A stretch of 64,000 nucleotides of DNA, taken from assembly GCA_018817585.1 (NCBI GenBank), contig JAHITE010000007.1:25251-89250 (forward strand), read 5' to 3'. Shown here in pieces: positions 12,455 to 20,977 of the stretch. The position numbers and the translations under genes were made by a program. Below the pieces are notes generated by a model. It saw only the letters and a program-made list of their open reading frames with translations. It searched no databases and had not been told where the DNA came from. Source of the DNA: Candidatus Omnitrophota bacterium (GTDB lineage Bacteria; Omnitrophota; Gorgyraeia; B26-G9). Positions within the stretch are counted from its first letter, which is position 1. Each line of letters begins with the position of its first letter.

Positions 12455-12577
12455 TTGGTAGTCAAAAAGAAAGTAGCAAAGAAGGTAGTAGCTAAGAAAG
12501 TGGTAAAGAAAGTAGCTAAGAAAGTAGTAAAGAAAGCAGTAGCTAAGAAAGTAGTAGCTAAGAAAAAGAAAAAATAA
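12455..12577 (+). CDS. candidate 40-aa lysine/valine-repeat peptide, M(L)VVKKKVAKKVVAKKVVKKVAKKVVKKAVAKKVVAKKKKK; histone-H1-tail-like or cationic amphipathic
   Basis: TTG start 7 nt after a strong RBS (AAAGGGGGTGA) and TAA stop at 12575-12577. Missing from the ORF track because it is short. The DNA is a tandem AAGAAAGTAGTAGCT-type repeat. Confidence 0.3.
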   Translation: MVVKKKVAKKVVAKKVVKKVAKKVVKKAVAKKVVAKKKKK

Positions 12578-12647
12578 ACTTGGCTAGTTCATCTTTGATG
12601 AATACAGGATCCCGATTTTGATTAATTAAACAAGGATGTTATCAATT

Positions 12648-12705
12648 CCCAAGGGCGGGGAAATTAAGCGATCAATAACCCGAAATTTTGTTCCCTGCCT
12701 TTGGG
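12648..12705 (+). ncRNA. stable RNA hairpin: 13-bp stem CCCAAGGGCGGGG / CCCTGCCTTTGGG with two G-U pairs and a 32-nt loop; outer 6-bp helper stem GATCCC/GGGATC (12608-12613 / 12707-12712)
   Basis: Pairing checked by hand. The G-U wobbles work only on the + strand transcript. Confidence 0.35.
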
Positions 12706-12805
12706 AGGGATCAAAGAAAAACCACCTAAAAATCCGCAATCATATTTTGTGATATCTCTTTTTTAATGTTTTTAAGATATATAATTTATAAGTATATATT
12801 CTTTC

Positions 12806-12835
12806 TTGACAATTTTAGTCTTAAGGTTTTAAAAT
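12806..12835 (+). promoter_or_regulatory. sigma70-like promoter TTGACA-17/18-TAAAAT for the PAS-HD-GYP gene
   Basis: Consensus -35 hexamer and AT-rich -10 about 45 nt upstream of the ATG at 12880. Confidence 0.45.
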
Positions 12836-12879
12836 ATATTGATTGAAGCCGTTTACCGCTTTTCTTAGAAAGGAAAACA

Positions 12880-14091
12880 ATGAGTGACTTGCCTGAATCG
12901 CGTGAAAAAATACTTTTAGAAATTAATCAATTGCGTAAAAGAGTAGAAGAACTTCAAGGTTCAGAATTGAAATTTCAAAAAGCAGAGCAAGAATTAAGAC
13001 AATCTAAGGAATATGCGGAATTTGTTTTTCGATCTACTCCGAATGCGATTTTCACACTTGATCTCAACCGTATTGTAACAACTTGGAATAACAAAGCTGA
13101 AGAAATAACGGGTTATTCATACAAGGAGATTATCGGTAAACAGTGCACTGTTTTTGCTGATAGCCCCTGTAAGGATATGTGTCCGGTTTTTTCTGATAAT
13201 GTCGAAAAGCCTATTGTTAATGCCGAGTGCTCGATTAAGAGAAAAGATGGGAAGATAATCGTTATTTCAAAAAATGCTGAAATATTAAAAGATGAACAGG
13301 AAAATACTATTGGCGCGATAGAATCATTTGAAGATATTACCGGGAGAAAAAAAGAAGAACAATCGTTTCAAAAATCATATCAAAATTTAGAAATGCAGAT
13401 TCAGGAACGGACTGCGGAACTTTCTAAGATGAATGAAGCTTTACTTGTTGAAATTATGCAAAGAAAAAAAGTACAGAAAAATTTTGAGGATGGCAATGAA
13501 AAATTACAGAGAGTGTTAAATGAAACAATCAGTGCTCTTGCTTTTACAGTTGAAAAAAGGGATCCATATACTGCGGGGCATCAGGAACGAGTAACTCAAC
13601 TGGCAGAAGCAATTGCTCGAGAGATGAAATTATCTACTGATCAGATATTGGGTGTTAAAACCGCGGCAATGATTCATGACATAGGCAAAATTTGTATCCC
13701 TGCGGAAATTTTAAGCAAGCCTTCTAAACTAACTACTTATGAATTTAATATTATTAAAGCCCATCCGGAAGTTGGTTACGATATATTAAAGGACATTGAA
13801 TTTCCTTGGCCTGTTTCTTCAATTGTTGCTCAGCATCATGAAAGAATGGATGGTAGCGGTTATCCTAATTCTTTAAAAGGCAATGAGATATTAATTGAGG
13901 CTCATATCCTAATTGTTGCCGATGTGGTTGAAGCAATGGCTTCTCACCGGCCTTATAGGCCTGCCTTGGGGATTGAGCGGGCTTTAGATGAAATAGTTAG
14001 TAAAAAAGGAACGCTCTATAATGAAGATGTTGTAGTGGCTTGTATTAAGCTATTTATGGAGCAGGGCTTTAAGCTAGAGCAAATAATATAG
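12880..14091 (+). CDS. PAS-domain HD-GYP c-di-GMP phosphodiesterase
   Basis: N-terminal PAS, a coiled-coil linker, and an HD-GYP core (HDIGKICIP ... HHERMDGSGYP). Confidence 0.8.
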   Translation: MSDLPESREKILLEINQLRKRVEELQGSELKFQKAEQELRQSKEYAEFVFRSTPNAIFTLDLNRIVTTWNNKAEEITGYSYKEIIGKQCTVFADSPCKDMCPVFSDNVEKPIVNAECSIKRKDGKIIVISKNAEILKDEQENTIGAIESFEDITGRKKEEQSFQKSYQNLEMQIQERTAELSKMNEALLVEIMQRKKVQKNFEDGNEKLQRVLNETISALAFTVEKRDPYTAGHQERVTQLAEAIAREMKLSTDQILGVKTAAMIHDIGKICIPAEILSKPSKLTTYEFNIIKAHPEVGYDILKDIEFPWPVSSIVAQHHERMDGSGYPNSLKGNEILIEAHILIVADVVEAMASHRPYRPALGIERALDEIVSKKGTLYNEDVVVACIKLFMEQGFKLEQII

Positions 14092-14156
14092 AGTTAATTT
14101 AGTTCTCATAACTATATTTATTTTGACGTTTGGAAGCTTTTCTATCTTTAAAATAA

Positions 14157-14201
14157 TTGACTTTTTATTTGTTTTAGTGTATCTTGAAAGTGTATCTTGA
14201 A
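14157..14201 (+). promoter_or_regulatory. promoter TTGACT-17-TATCTT whose -10 lies in the first of two perfect tandem 12-mers GTGTATCTTGAA (14177-14188, 14190-14201); operator-like
   Basis: Direct read. The repeats span the -10 and the predicted transcription start about 25-45 nt upstream of the 14226 start. Confidence 0.4.
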
Positions 14202-14225
14202 TAATCATAGATGGGGGAGGCTTAA

Positions 14226-14540
14226 TTGAAGAAAAAAATAATGTTTGTAGGTGTGTTTGCTTTGGTTCTGGGCGCAATTTGTATTTCTACATCTTTTGCT
14301 GCAATGCCGGATGCGAATAATGTTAAGGAATTTCATGAAGGAGCGACTGTGGGATGTACAGTTTGTCATACAGAAGGAAACTTTAAAGAACTTAACAGCT
14401 ATGGTAATGCATACAATGATGCTGGTAGAAATGTGGATGCAGTCAAAGCTATTGATGACGAAGATAGTGACGAAGATGGTGTTTCCAACTATGACGAAAT
14501 CAAAGCTGGTACTAATCCAGGTGATGCTACAAGCAAATAA
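14226..14540 (+). CDS. small secreted monoheme c-type-cytochrome-like protein with an acidic Ca-binding (thrombospondin type-3-like) C-terminus
   Basis: TTG start after RBS GGGGGAGG, a signal peptide, a single CxxCH (CTVCH), and a C-terminal DEDSDEDGVSNYDE run. Confidence 0.45.
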   Translation: MKKKIMFVGVFALVLGAICISTSFAAMPDANNVKEFHEGATVGCTVCHTEGNFKELNSYGNAYNDAGRNVDAVKAIDDEDSDEDGVSNYDEIKAGTNPGDATSK

Positions 14541-14605
14541 TATAAACGGTATTTATTAGTCGGATGGCTAGAACATATGCAATGTTCTAGCCATTTTACT
14601 ATTTA

Positions 14606-15325
14606 TTGGATGAAGGAAATGATTTGATGGAAAATGAAAAATTCAGAGCGACTATTTTTGAGGATAAAGATATTCTTATTGTTAATAAGCCCAGCGGTTT
14701 GCTGACTGTGGCTGCTCCAAATGATAAAGAGGAGAATCTAAGCGCATTATTAAATGATTTAAATCTACGACAAAATAACACTTTTAAAATTTTCCCATGT
14801 CATCGCCTCGATAAAGAGACTTCGGGTGTATTGATTTTTGCAAAGGGAAAAGCTGTCCAGCAGACTATTATGGATCAGTTTAGAGCCAAGAATGTCAATA
14901 AAGTATACATTGCTTTTGTTCAGGGCTTGATAAATAAGCCATCAGGAGTTCTGAAAAGTTATATTCAAGGATCTTGGCCTTATCGGCGAAATGAGCAAAA
15001 AAAACTCGCGATTACTAAATTTAAACTTATCTCTTGTGGTGAAAATTTTAGTGTATTGAAGCTAGAGCCGATTACTGGAAGAACTAATCAAATCAGAATA
15101 CAATTTAAGGATATAGGTCATCCTTTAGTGGGAGAAAGACGCTTTGTTATGGCCCGTGATTGGCCGGTAAAGTTTAAACGCGTTGCTTTACATGCTTTTA
15201 GTGTTACATTTACACACCCAACTAAAAATGTTCCAGTTACTTTTAATGCTGAATTACCCCGTGACATGATTAATTTCTTAATCAATAACGGAATTGATGA
15301 TTTTAATAATAAATTTCTTTTATAA
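14606..15325 (+). CDS. RluA-family pseudouridine synthase
   Basis: Catalytic motif HRLDKETSGVLIFAKGK and the RluA fold length (239 aa). Confidence 0.8.
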   Translation: MDEGNDLMENEKFRATIFEDKDILIVNKPSGLLTVAAPNDKEENLSALLNDLNLRQNNTFKIFPCHRLDKETSGVLIFAKGKAVQQTIMDQFRAKNVNKVYIAFVQGLINKPSGVLKSYIQGSWPYRRNEQKKLAITKFKLISCGENFSVLKLEPITGRTNQIRIQFKDIGHPLVGERRFVMARDWPVKFKRVALHAFSVTFTHPTKNVPVTFNAELPRDMINFLINNGIDDFNNKFLL

Positions 15326-15413
15326 GCATTAGCTTGTACCTGTTTATTGAGTATGTTACAATAAAATAACTAATAATAAGGTTTAGCAGCGGTTAAGTCT
15401 TAGGAGCAAGGGA

Positions 15414-16232
15414 TTGAAGTACTTATATTTAGCGCTATTGCAAGGTTTAACAGAATTTCTGCCAGTATCCAGTTCTGGTCATTTGGTTTTTTATCAAAAG
15501 GTTTTTGGTTTTCAGGAGCCGCTTCTTTGCTTTGATATTATTTTACATTTGGCTACAGCTTTATCAGTTATAATTTTCCTTAAAAAAGATTTAAAAACAA
15601 TAATGGCGGAAACTTTTATTTCTCTTAAACAAATAATTAGCGGAAAAAAATTTATATTTATTTGGCAGGAAAATAGTAGTTTTAGGTTGGGAATACTTAT
15701 TTTTATTGCCATTTTGCCTGCGATTGTTTTTGGATTATTATTTAGTAATATAATTGAAGTAATGTTTGGGTCTTTAAAACTTGTGGGCATAACATTTTTA
15801 TTTACTGGTACAATTTTATTTTTAACTAAATATGCAAATCAAAAAACCCGAAGTGAGTTTAATTTAAAAGATGCTTTGATTGTCGGCTTGGCTCAAGCTG
15901 TGGCAATAATCCCTGGCATATCACGTTCAGGATCAACGATAGCATGTGGAATGTTTAGGGGAATAGATAAAAATTTAGCAGCAAGGTTTTCTTTTATCCT
16001 GGCAGTTCCGACTATAATTGCGGCAGGGATATACAAGCTTAAGCATGGTATAGGTGAAATTAATCTAAGTATATTAATGATTATTATCTCTTTTTGTGTT
16101 GCTTTTCTTAGCGGATATATATCATTAATATTCCTTTCCAAAATGATTGCTAAGGCTAAATTTCATTATTTCGCGTATTATTGCTGGTTAATGGGCGCAA
16201 TAAGTATATACTTAACTATTTTTTATTATTGA
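15414..16232 (+). CDS. uppP: undecaprenyl-diphosphatase
   Basis: LLQGLTEFLPVSSSGHL and PGISRSGSTI motifs of BacA/UppP, with a polytopic membrane body. Confidence 0.85.
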   Translation: MKYLYLALLQGLTEFLPVSSSGHLVFYQKVFGFQEPLLCFDIILHLATALSVIIFLKKDLKTIMAETFISLKQIISGKKFIFIWQENSSFRLGILIFIAILPAIVFGLLFSNIIEVMFGSLKLVGITFLFTGTILFLTKYANQKTRSEFNLKDALIVGLAQAVAIIPGISRSGSTIACGMFRGIDKNLAARFSFILAVPTIIAAGIYKLKHGIGEINLSILMIIISFCVAFLSGYISLIFLSKMIAKAKFHYFAYYCWLMGAISIYLTIFYY

Positions 16233-16257
16233 AAACGGTTTTAACAAGAGGTACTGT

Positions 16258-17517
16258 GTGAATAATAATGCAGGCTGTTCGGTATTAATCCTGGGTGGTG
16301 GAAGAGGTACCCGTCTTTTCCCTTTAACATTGGAAAGAAGTAAGCCGGCTATTGGATTTGCCGGTAAATATAGATTAATTGATATTCCTATTTCTAATTC
16401 AATAAATTCTGGCTATAATAAAATTTTTGTTTTAACTCAGTTTCTTTCAGCAAGTTTGCATGGACATCTTATGCAAACTTATCGTTTTGACAATTTCTCA
16501 AAAGGGTTTGTTGAAATCCTTTCCGCTGAGCAGTCGCATAAAAGTTCTGAATGGTTTCAGGGGACAGCTGATGCTGTTCGCTGTGTTTTAAGACATTTGC
16601 GCTATATGCCGGAAGAACATGTATTGATTTTATCCGGCGATCATCTTTACAAAATGGATTACAGAAAAATGCTAAATTACCATGTTCAGAAAAACGCGGA
16701 AGTAACTGTTTCTTCTATTTTTGTGGATGAAAGCGAAGCCTCGCGTATGGGCATTCTTGATGTATCTGCTTTCGGAAGACTGAATCGGGTAATTGAAAAA
16801 CCGGCTAATGTTAAAAAACTAAAAATTTCATCAAAATCAATTAAACAAGATGACGGGATGCATAAAGAGTATTGCGCGTCCATGGGGATATATTTATTTA
16901 ATAAAGATGTTTTATTTAATATTTTATCAACGACAAAATCAGCTGATTTTGGTAAACATATACTTCCTTTACTGGTTAAAAATAAAGCTAAAGTGTTTTC
17001 CTATGATTTTAATGGTTATTGGCGTGATATTGGTACAATAAAGAGCTATTATGATGCAAGTATGGATTTATTGAGCGATAAACCAGGCTTTGATTTGTTT
17101 GACGCTAATATGCCGTTGCTTACTCGAGCGCGGCTTTTACCTCCGAATAAAATAATTGACTCTAAAATAACAAGATCAATTATCTCGGAAGGTTGTTTAA
17201 TAAAAAAGGCTAGCATCGAAAATTCAATTATCGGATTGCGAAGTTATATTAAGGATAATGCGATAATTAAAAACTCTGTGATAATCGGTAATGATTATTA
17301 TAGTGATCCATTAAACAAAGATCATTCAACTTCCTTTATTGGTAAGGGCGTTATTTTGGAAAGAACAATTGTTGATAAGAATGTTACAATTTGTGATTTT
17401 ACCCAGATTACTGACAAAAGGAATCATAAAGATATGGATGGAGATCTCTATTATATTCGCGATGGGGTAACTATCGTAAGGCGGGGAGTTGTTATCCCTC
17501 CGCATTCAATAATATAG
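16258..17517 (+). CDS. glgC: glucose-1-phosphate adenylyltransferase
   Basis: LILGGGRGTRLFPLT...K...GTADAV N-terminal nucleotidyltransferase domain plus a C-terminal left-handed beta-helix region. Confidence 0.85.
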   Translation: MNNNAGCSVLILGGGRGTRLFPLTLERSKPAIGFAGKYRLIDIPISNSINSGYNKIFVLTQFLSASLHGHLMQTYRFDNFSKGFVEILSAEQSHKSSEWFQGTADAVRCVLRHLRYMPEEHVLILSGDHLYKMDYRKMLNYHVQKNAEVTVSSIFVDESEASRMGILDVSAFGRLNRVIEKPANVKKLKISSKSIKQDDGMHKEYCASMGIYLFNKDVLFNILSTTKSADFGKHILPLLVKNKAKVFSYDFNGYWRDIGTIKSYYDASMDLLSDKPGFDLFDANMPLLTRARLLPPNKIIDSKITRSIISEGCLIKKASIENSIIGLRSYIKDNAIIKNSVIIGNDYYSDPLNKDHSTSFIGKGVILERTIVDKNVTICDFTQITDKRNHKDMDGDLYYIRDGVTIVRRGVVIPPHSII

Positions 17518-17560
17518 TTATGGTTAAGTTTGTTTATAATTAAAAGAAAGGGGGATTAAG

Positions 17561-17875
17561 ATGTTTGAAATTTTAGAAAAATTAGTTTTAGCGGGTGTGG
17601 GATTTGCTAGTTTAACTAAGGAAAAAGCAGAAAAAATAGTTGACGCGTTGATTGCTAAGGGGCAGGTTAAAGCCAAGGATAAAAAGGCGATGTTAAGTCG
17701 ATTGCTTAAGCATACGCAAAAACTAGATAAAGATATTGAAAATAAAATGAGACAGGTATCTTTAAATGTAGTAAAAAGTTCGCAAAAACAAATAGATGCT
17801 TTAAATCGGAAATTAGCGCAGTTAAATAAAGATATAAGCAGCGTAAAACAGAAAAGTGGCAAGAAGAAAAAATAG
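17561..17875 (+). CDS. phasin-family (PhaF/PhaI-like) granule-associated protein, copy 1
   Basis: LVLAGVGFASLTKEKAEKIVDALI resembles the phasin WLAGLGA motif. Coiled-coil body, strong RBS AAGGGGG. Confidence 0.5.
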   Translation: MFEILEKLVLAGVGFASLTKEKAEKIVDALIAKGQVKAKDKKAMLSRLLKHTQKLDKDIENKMRQVSLNVVKSSQKQIDALNRKLAQLNKDISSVKQKSGKKKK

Positions 17876-17907
17876 TTTGTGGGTAACTTACAATAAGGAG
17901 GATAATA

Positions 17908-18270
17908 ATGTTTGAATTGATTGAAAAAATTATACTCGCTGGTGTTGGCTTGGCAAATTTAACTAGAGAAAAAGCGGAAAGTCTTGTTGATGCTTTGATT
18001 AAAAAAGGGCAAATACAGGCAAAAGATAAAAAGGCAGTTTTAAGCCGGTTGTTAAAAAGCACAGAGCAATTAGATCGTGATCTTGAGAAAAAGATGAAAC
18101 AAGTATCTTTGAGTGTAGTGAAGAATTCCCAGAAGCAGATTGATGCTTTGAATAATAAATTAGCGCAGCTTGCTAAAGCTTTAGAATCAGAAAAGAAAAA
18201 AAGTAAAGTTGTTAAGGCTCCTTTGGCTGTAAAGAAAAAAGTAAAGGCTCAAGCAAAGAAAAAAGTCTAA
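17908..18270 (+). CDS. phasin-family protein, copy 2, with a lysine-rich histone-H1-like tail (KKKSKVVKAPLAVKKKVKAQAKKKV)
   Basis: About 70% identical paralogue of copy 1 plus a basic tail like PhaF. Its stop overlaps the next gene start (TAATG). Confidence 0.5.
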   Translation: MFELIEKIILAGVGLANLTREKAESLVDALIKKGQIQAKDKKAVLSRLLKSTEQLDRDLEKKMKQVSLSVVKNSQKQIDALNNKLAQLAKALESEKKKSKVVKAPLAVKKKVKAQAKKKV

Positions 18271-19958
18271 TGCCTTTTAGAATCAAAGCAATGGTCGGAG
18301 ATATTAACCGATTAAGAGTAATATTAGTTATTCTTTTTGAAGAAGGATTTGGCTTCCTTATTGAGCGAGTAAGGTTGGCCTATTTACTACCGTTTAAATT
18401 AAGATTGCTGAGAATGTTTCGGCGGTGTAAGCCAGTATGCAAATTGAATGAAAAGGTTGTTTCGCTACCTGAACGTCTTTGTAGAGTATTTGAACGATTG
18501 GGGCCTACGTATGTAAAATTTGGACAAGTTTTAAGTTTACGTTCAGATATTATCCCTCTGGAATATATTAATCAATTAGAGAATCTACAAACAAATGCCA
18601 ATACTTTTGCTTATGAAAAAGTAAAAGAAATTATTCTCGAAGAATTTGATAAAGACATTGGCCAAGTTTACAAAACATTTTCCGAAAAACCTTTTGCCGC
18701 GGCAAGTCTAGCTCAGGTGCATGCCGCAAAATTAGCTGATGGAACAGACGTTGCGGTTAAGGTTCAAAGGCCTGATATCAGAGGAATCATAGAAAATGAT
18801 ATTCATATTCTATTTTTTTTGGCCGCGCTTGTAGAAAAATATGTCAAAGAAATAATGTATATCCAGCCGGTACAATTGGTAAGAGATTTTTCAGAGTGGA
18901 CAATGAGAGAATTAGACTTTAGTATCGAAGCTGCTAATGGTGAGAGGTTCCGTCAAAATTTTTTAGATGATCAACGTTTTTATTTTCCTCAAATACACTG
19001 GGATTATTCCACAAAGAGAGTTCTGACAATGGAATTAATTAAGGGTATAAAACTGTCAGATGCCTCGGAAATTGTAAAATCAGGGGGTGATCCATATGTC
19101 TTGGCAATAAACGGCTTAGACTTAGGACTTAGACAGTTTTTTATCCATGGTTTTTTTCAGGCAGATCCCCATCCAGGAAATTTTTTAGTTTTAAAAGATA
19201 ATGTTCTATGTTTGCATGATTTTGGAATGGTGGGATATTTGGATAGGCATATGCGTGATACCCTAGCCGCTGTTTTTATGTCTTTTGTGGAAAAAAATGC
19301 AGAGTTAACTTCCCAAAAGATGCTTCATTTAGCGCCGAATTTTTCTCTACAAGCTGGGGAAGAATTTGCGCAAAGGGCAATGCCCATTTTAAGCACATGG
19401 TTTTATTCTAAAAAGCTGGAAAAAAGTTTTGCTAAGATGTTCTATCATCTTGTAATCGAAGGAGCAAAAAGCGGTTTATATTTTCCCCGAAACTTGGTAT
19501 TATGTTCTAGAGCACTATTAATAATGGAAGGAACTGGACTTAAATTGTGCCCGGAGTTTAAATTGTATGATGAGGTTGCTCCTTTGTTTGAAAATGTGAT
19601 AAAAGAAAAATTTAATCCAAAACTGGTATTAAAAGATATGGAAATGGGAATTATTGAATATTTGAATATTTTACAGCAATTACCAGAAAACACTTTAAAG
19701 CTTATTGAAAAAATAGAAAAAGGTCAAATTGATGTAAAAATTGATAAAAGTGAAATAATGGCAATTAAAGACGAAATGGAGAGAGTTAATAATATTCGGT
19801 TAATTTCAATAATTATTATCACTTTTCTTGTTTCAGCTGCTATTATATTAAGGCTTGAACAGCAGACTCTAATTTTTGGGTTTTCAGTGGCAAAGATCGA
19901 GCTTGTAGTCTCTTTTGTACTATCGGTTTGGTTGGCATTAATAATCAGAAAAAAATAA
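18270..19958 (+). CDS. ABC1/UbiB-family atypical kinase
   Basis: LGPTYVKFGQVLSLRSD, AAASLAQVH and HADPHPGN motifs, plus a C-terminal TM segment. Confidence 0.8.
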   Translation: MPFRIKAMVGDINRLRVILVILFEEGFGFLIERVRLAYLLPFKLRLLRMFRRCKPVCKLNEKVVSLPERLCRVFERLGPTYVKFGQVLSLRSDIIPLEYINQLENLQTNANTFAYEKVKEIILEEFDKDIGQVYKTFSEKPFAAASLAQVHAAKLADGTDVAVKVQRPDIRGIIENDIHILFFLAALVEKYVKEIMYIQPVQLVRDFSEWTMRELDFSIEAANGERFRQNFLDDQRFYFPQIHWDYSTKRVLTMELIKGIKLSDASEIVKSGGDPYVLAINGLDLGLRQFFIHGFFQADPHPGNFLVLKDNVLCLHDFGMVGYLDRHMRDTLAAVFMSFVEKNAELTSQKMLHLAPNFSLQAGEEFAQRAMPILSTWFYSKKLEKSFAKMFYHLVIEGAKSGLYFPRNLVLCSRALLIMEGTGLKLCPEFKLYDEVAPLFENVIKEKFNPKLVLKDMEMGIIEYLNILQQLPENTLKLIEKIEKGQIDVKIDKSEIMAIKDEMERVNNIRLISIIIITFLVSAAIILRLEQQTLIFGFSVAKIELVVSFVLSVWLALIIRKK

Positions 19959-19968
19959 AGGGGGGGAG

Positions 19969-20190
19969 ATGGAAAAAAAGATTTTAAAAAAAATTCCTCA
20001 GAAGGCAGTTAAAATATTTAAAATAGCTAATCGCAAAGGATATGGAGCGTTGTGTATAAATAATCTTACTGAAGGTTTAACTCCGGCACTAGCTTATATG
20101 CGGATGCTAAAGGCTGTTAAAAGAAGTGGTTTCGAACTGCCTGAAATTACTTCAGAACAAGTTAAAAAATGCGTTGTTTCTGAGATTTAA
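19969..20190 (+). CDS. hypothetical 73-aa basic protein
   Basis: Strong RBS (AAAGGGGGGGAG) directly upstream. No recognisable domain. Confidence 0.3.
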   Translation: MEKKILKKIPQKAVKIFKIANRKGYGALCINNLTEGLTPALAYMRMLKAVKRSGFELPEITSEQVKKCVVSEI

Positions 20191-20196
20191 TTTTCC

Positions 20197-20225
20197 TTGA
20201 TAAATAAGCTTTATTGTGCTAGTAT
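20197..20225 (+). promoter_or_regulatory. promoter TTGATA-17-TAGTAT; shares the 12-mer TTGTGCTAGTAT with the uvrA promoter
   Basis: Direct read. The track ORF start at 20216 falls inside this promoter, so I moved the CDS start to the ATG at 20300. Confidence 0.4.
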
Positions 20226-20299
20226 TGGGAAGAATTTCATCATTTTCAAAATTAAGTACATTCCTTGGGTTATTTTCTTTAATTTTAACAGAAGGTCAT

Positions 20300-20950
20300 A
20301 TGAATACACAATATAGAGCGATTGAGCGTATTGAGACAAATATGGAATCAATAGAAGTTGGTAGTTTGCGTTATTCTATTTTAAATTGCGCTAAGAATTT
20401 TAAAAGTTCCTGGCTTGAACTTGGACAGCATTTGGTTTCAGTATATAACGATAAATTATACAAAGAGTGGGGTTATCTTACATTTGAAGCTTATTGTTCC
20501 AAGGAAATCGGGATAAGAAAGCAAACTGGTTTTAAGCTTTTAAGATCGTATCACTTTCTTGAGCAAGAGGAACCCCAATACATTAAAAAAGAATATATCG
20601 ATTCCGCGGATGGTAAAAATATTCCCTCTTTCGAGGCAGTGCATACGCTTAGCCAGGTAAAGGCTAATAAAAATTTAGGCAATGATGATTATGAGAAAAT
20701 GAAACGGCATATATTTGAAGAAGGTAAGCCTGATAAAGAAGTAAAAGATGTTTATCAGTCTATGGTTAAGCAAGTTAAAGAAAACAGCCCGGAAGAAGAG
20801 CATAAGTTAAGAAGATTAAAATATTTACGTCGCGTTGTCGGCTCGTTAAATTCAATTAGAAAAGAGATACAGTTAAGTAAATTTCTTTCTGACGATATTC
20901 TTAAAGAATTAGATGTTATAATTATAAAAATTGAAGTTGAAATCGGATAA
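20300..20950 (+). CDS. hypothetical protein (216 aa from the ATG at 20300, RBS AGAAGG)
   Basis: Conserved-looking core W.ELGQHLVSVYNDKLYKEWGYLTFEAYCSKEIGIRKQTGFKLL and an acidic/basic C-terminus. I do not recognise the family. Confidence 0.4.
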   Translation: MNTQYRAIERIETNMESIEVGSLRYSILNCAKNFKSSWLELGQHLVSVYNDKLYKEWGYLTFEAYCSKEIGIRKQTGFKLLRSYHFLEQEEPQYIKKEYIDSADGKNIPSFEAVHTLSQVKANKNLGNDDYEKMKRHIFEEGKPDKEVKDVYQSMVKQVKENSPEEEHKLRRLKYLRRVVGSLNSIRKEIQLSKFLSDDILKELDVIIIKIEVEIG

Positions 20951-20977
20951 AATCCGTTCCTATTTTTTGGAGGAGTA

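Noticed and set aside
12455-12577. CRISPR array or minisatellite interpretation of the 15-bp-unit tandem repeat (also 27737-27773)
   Set aside because: The units are contiguous with no unique spacers, and no cas genes are present. A coding or simple tandem-repeat reading fits better.
14251-14559. Alternative-frame ORF overlapping the cytochrome-like gene
   Set aside because: The 14226 frame has an RBS, a signal peptide and a CxxCH motif. The alternative frame translates to Met/Leu-rich nonsense.
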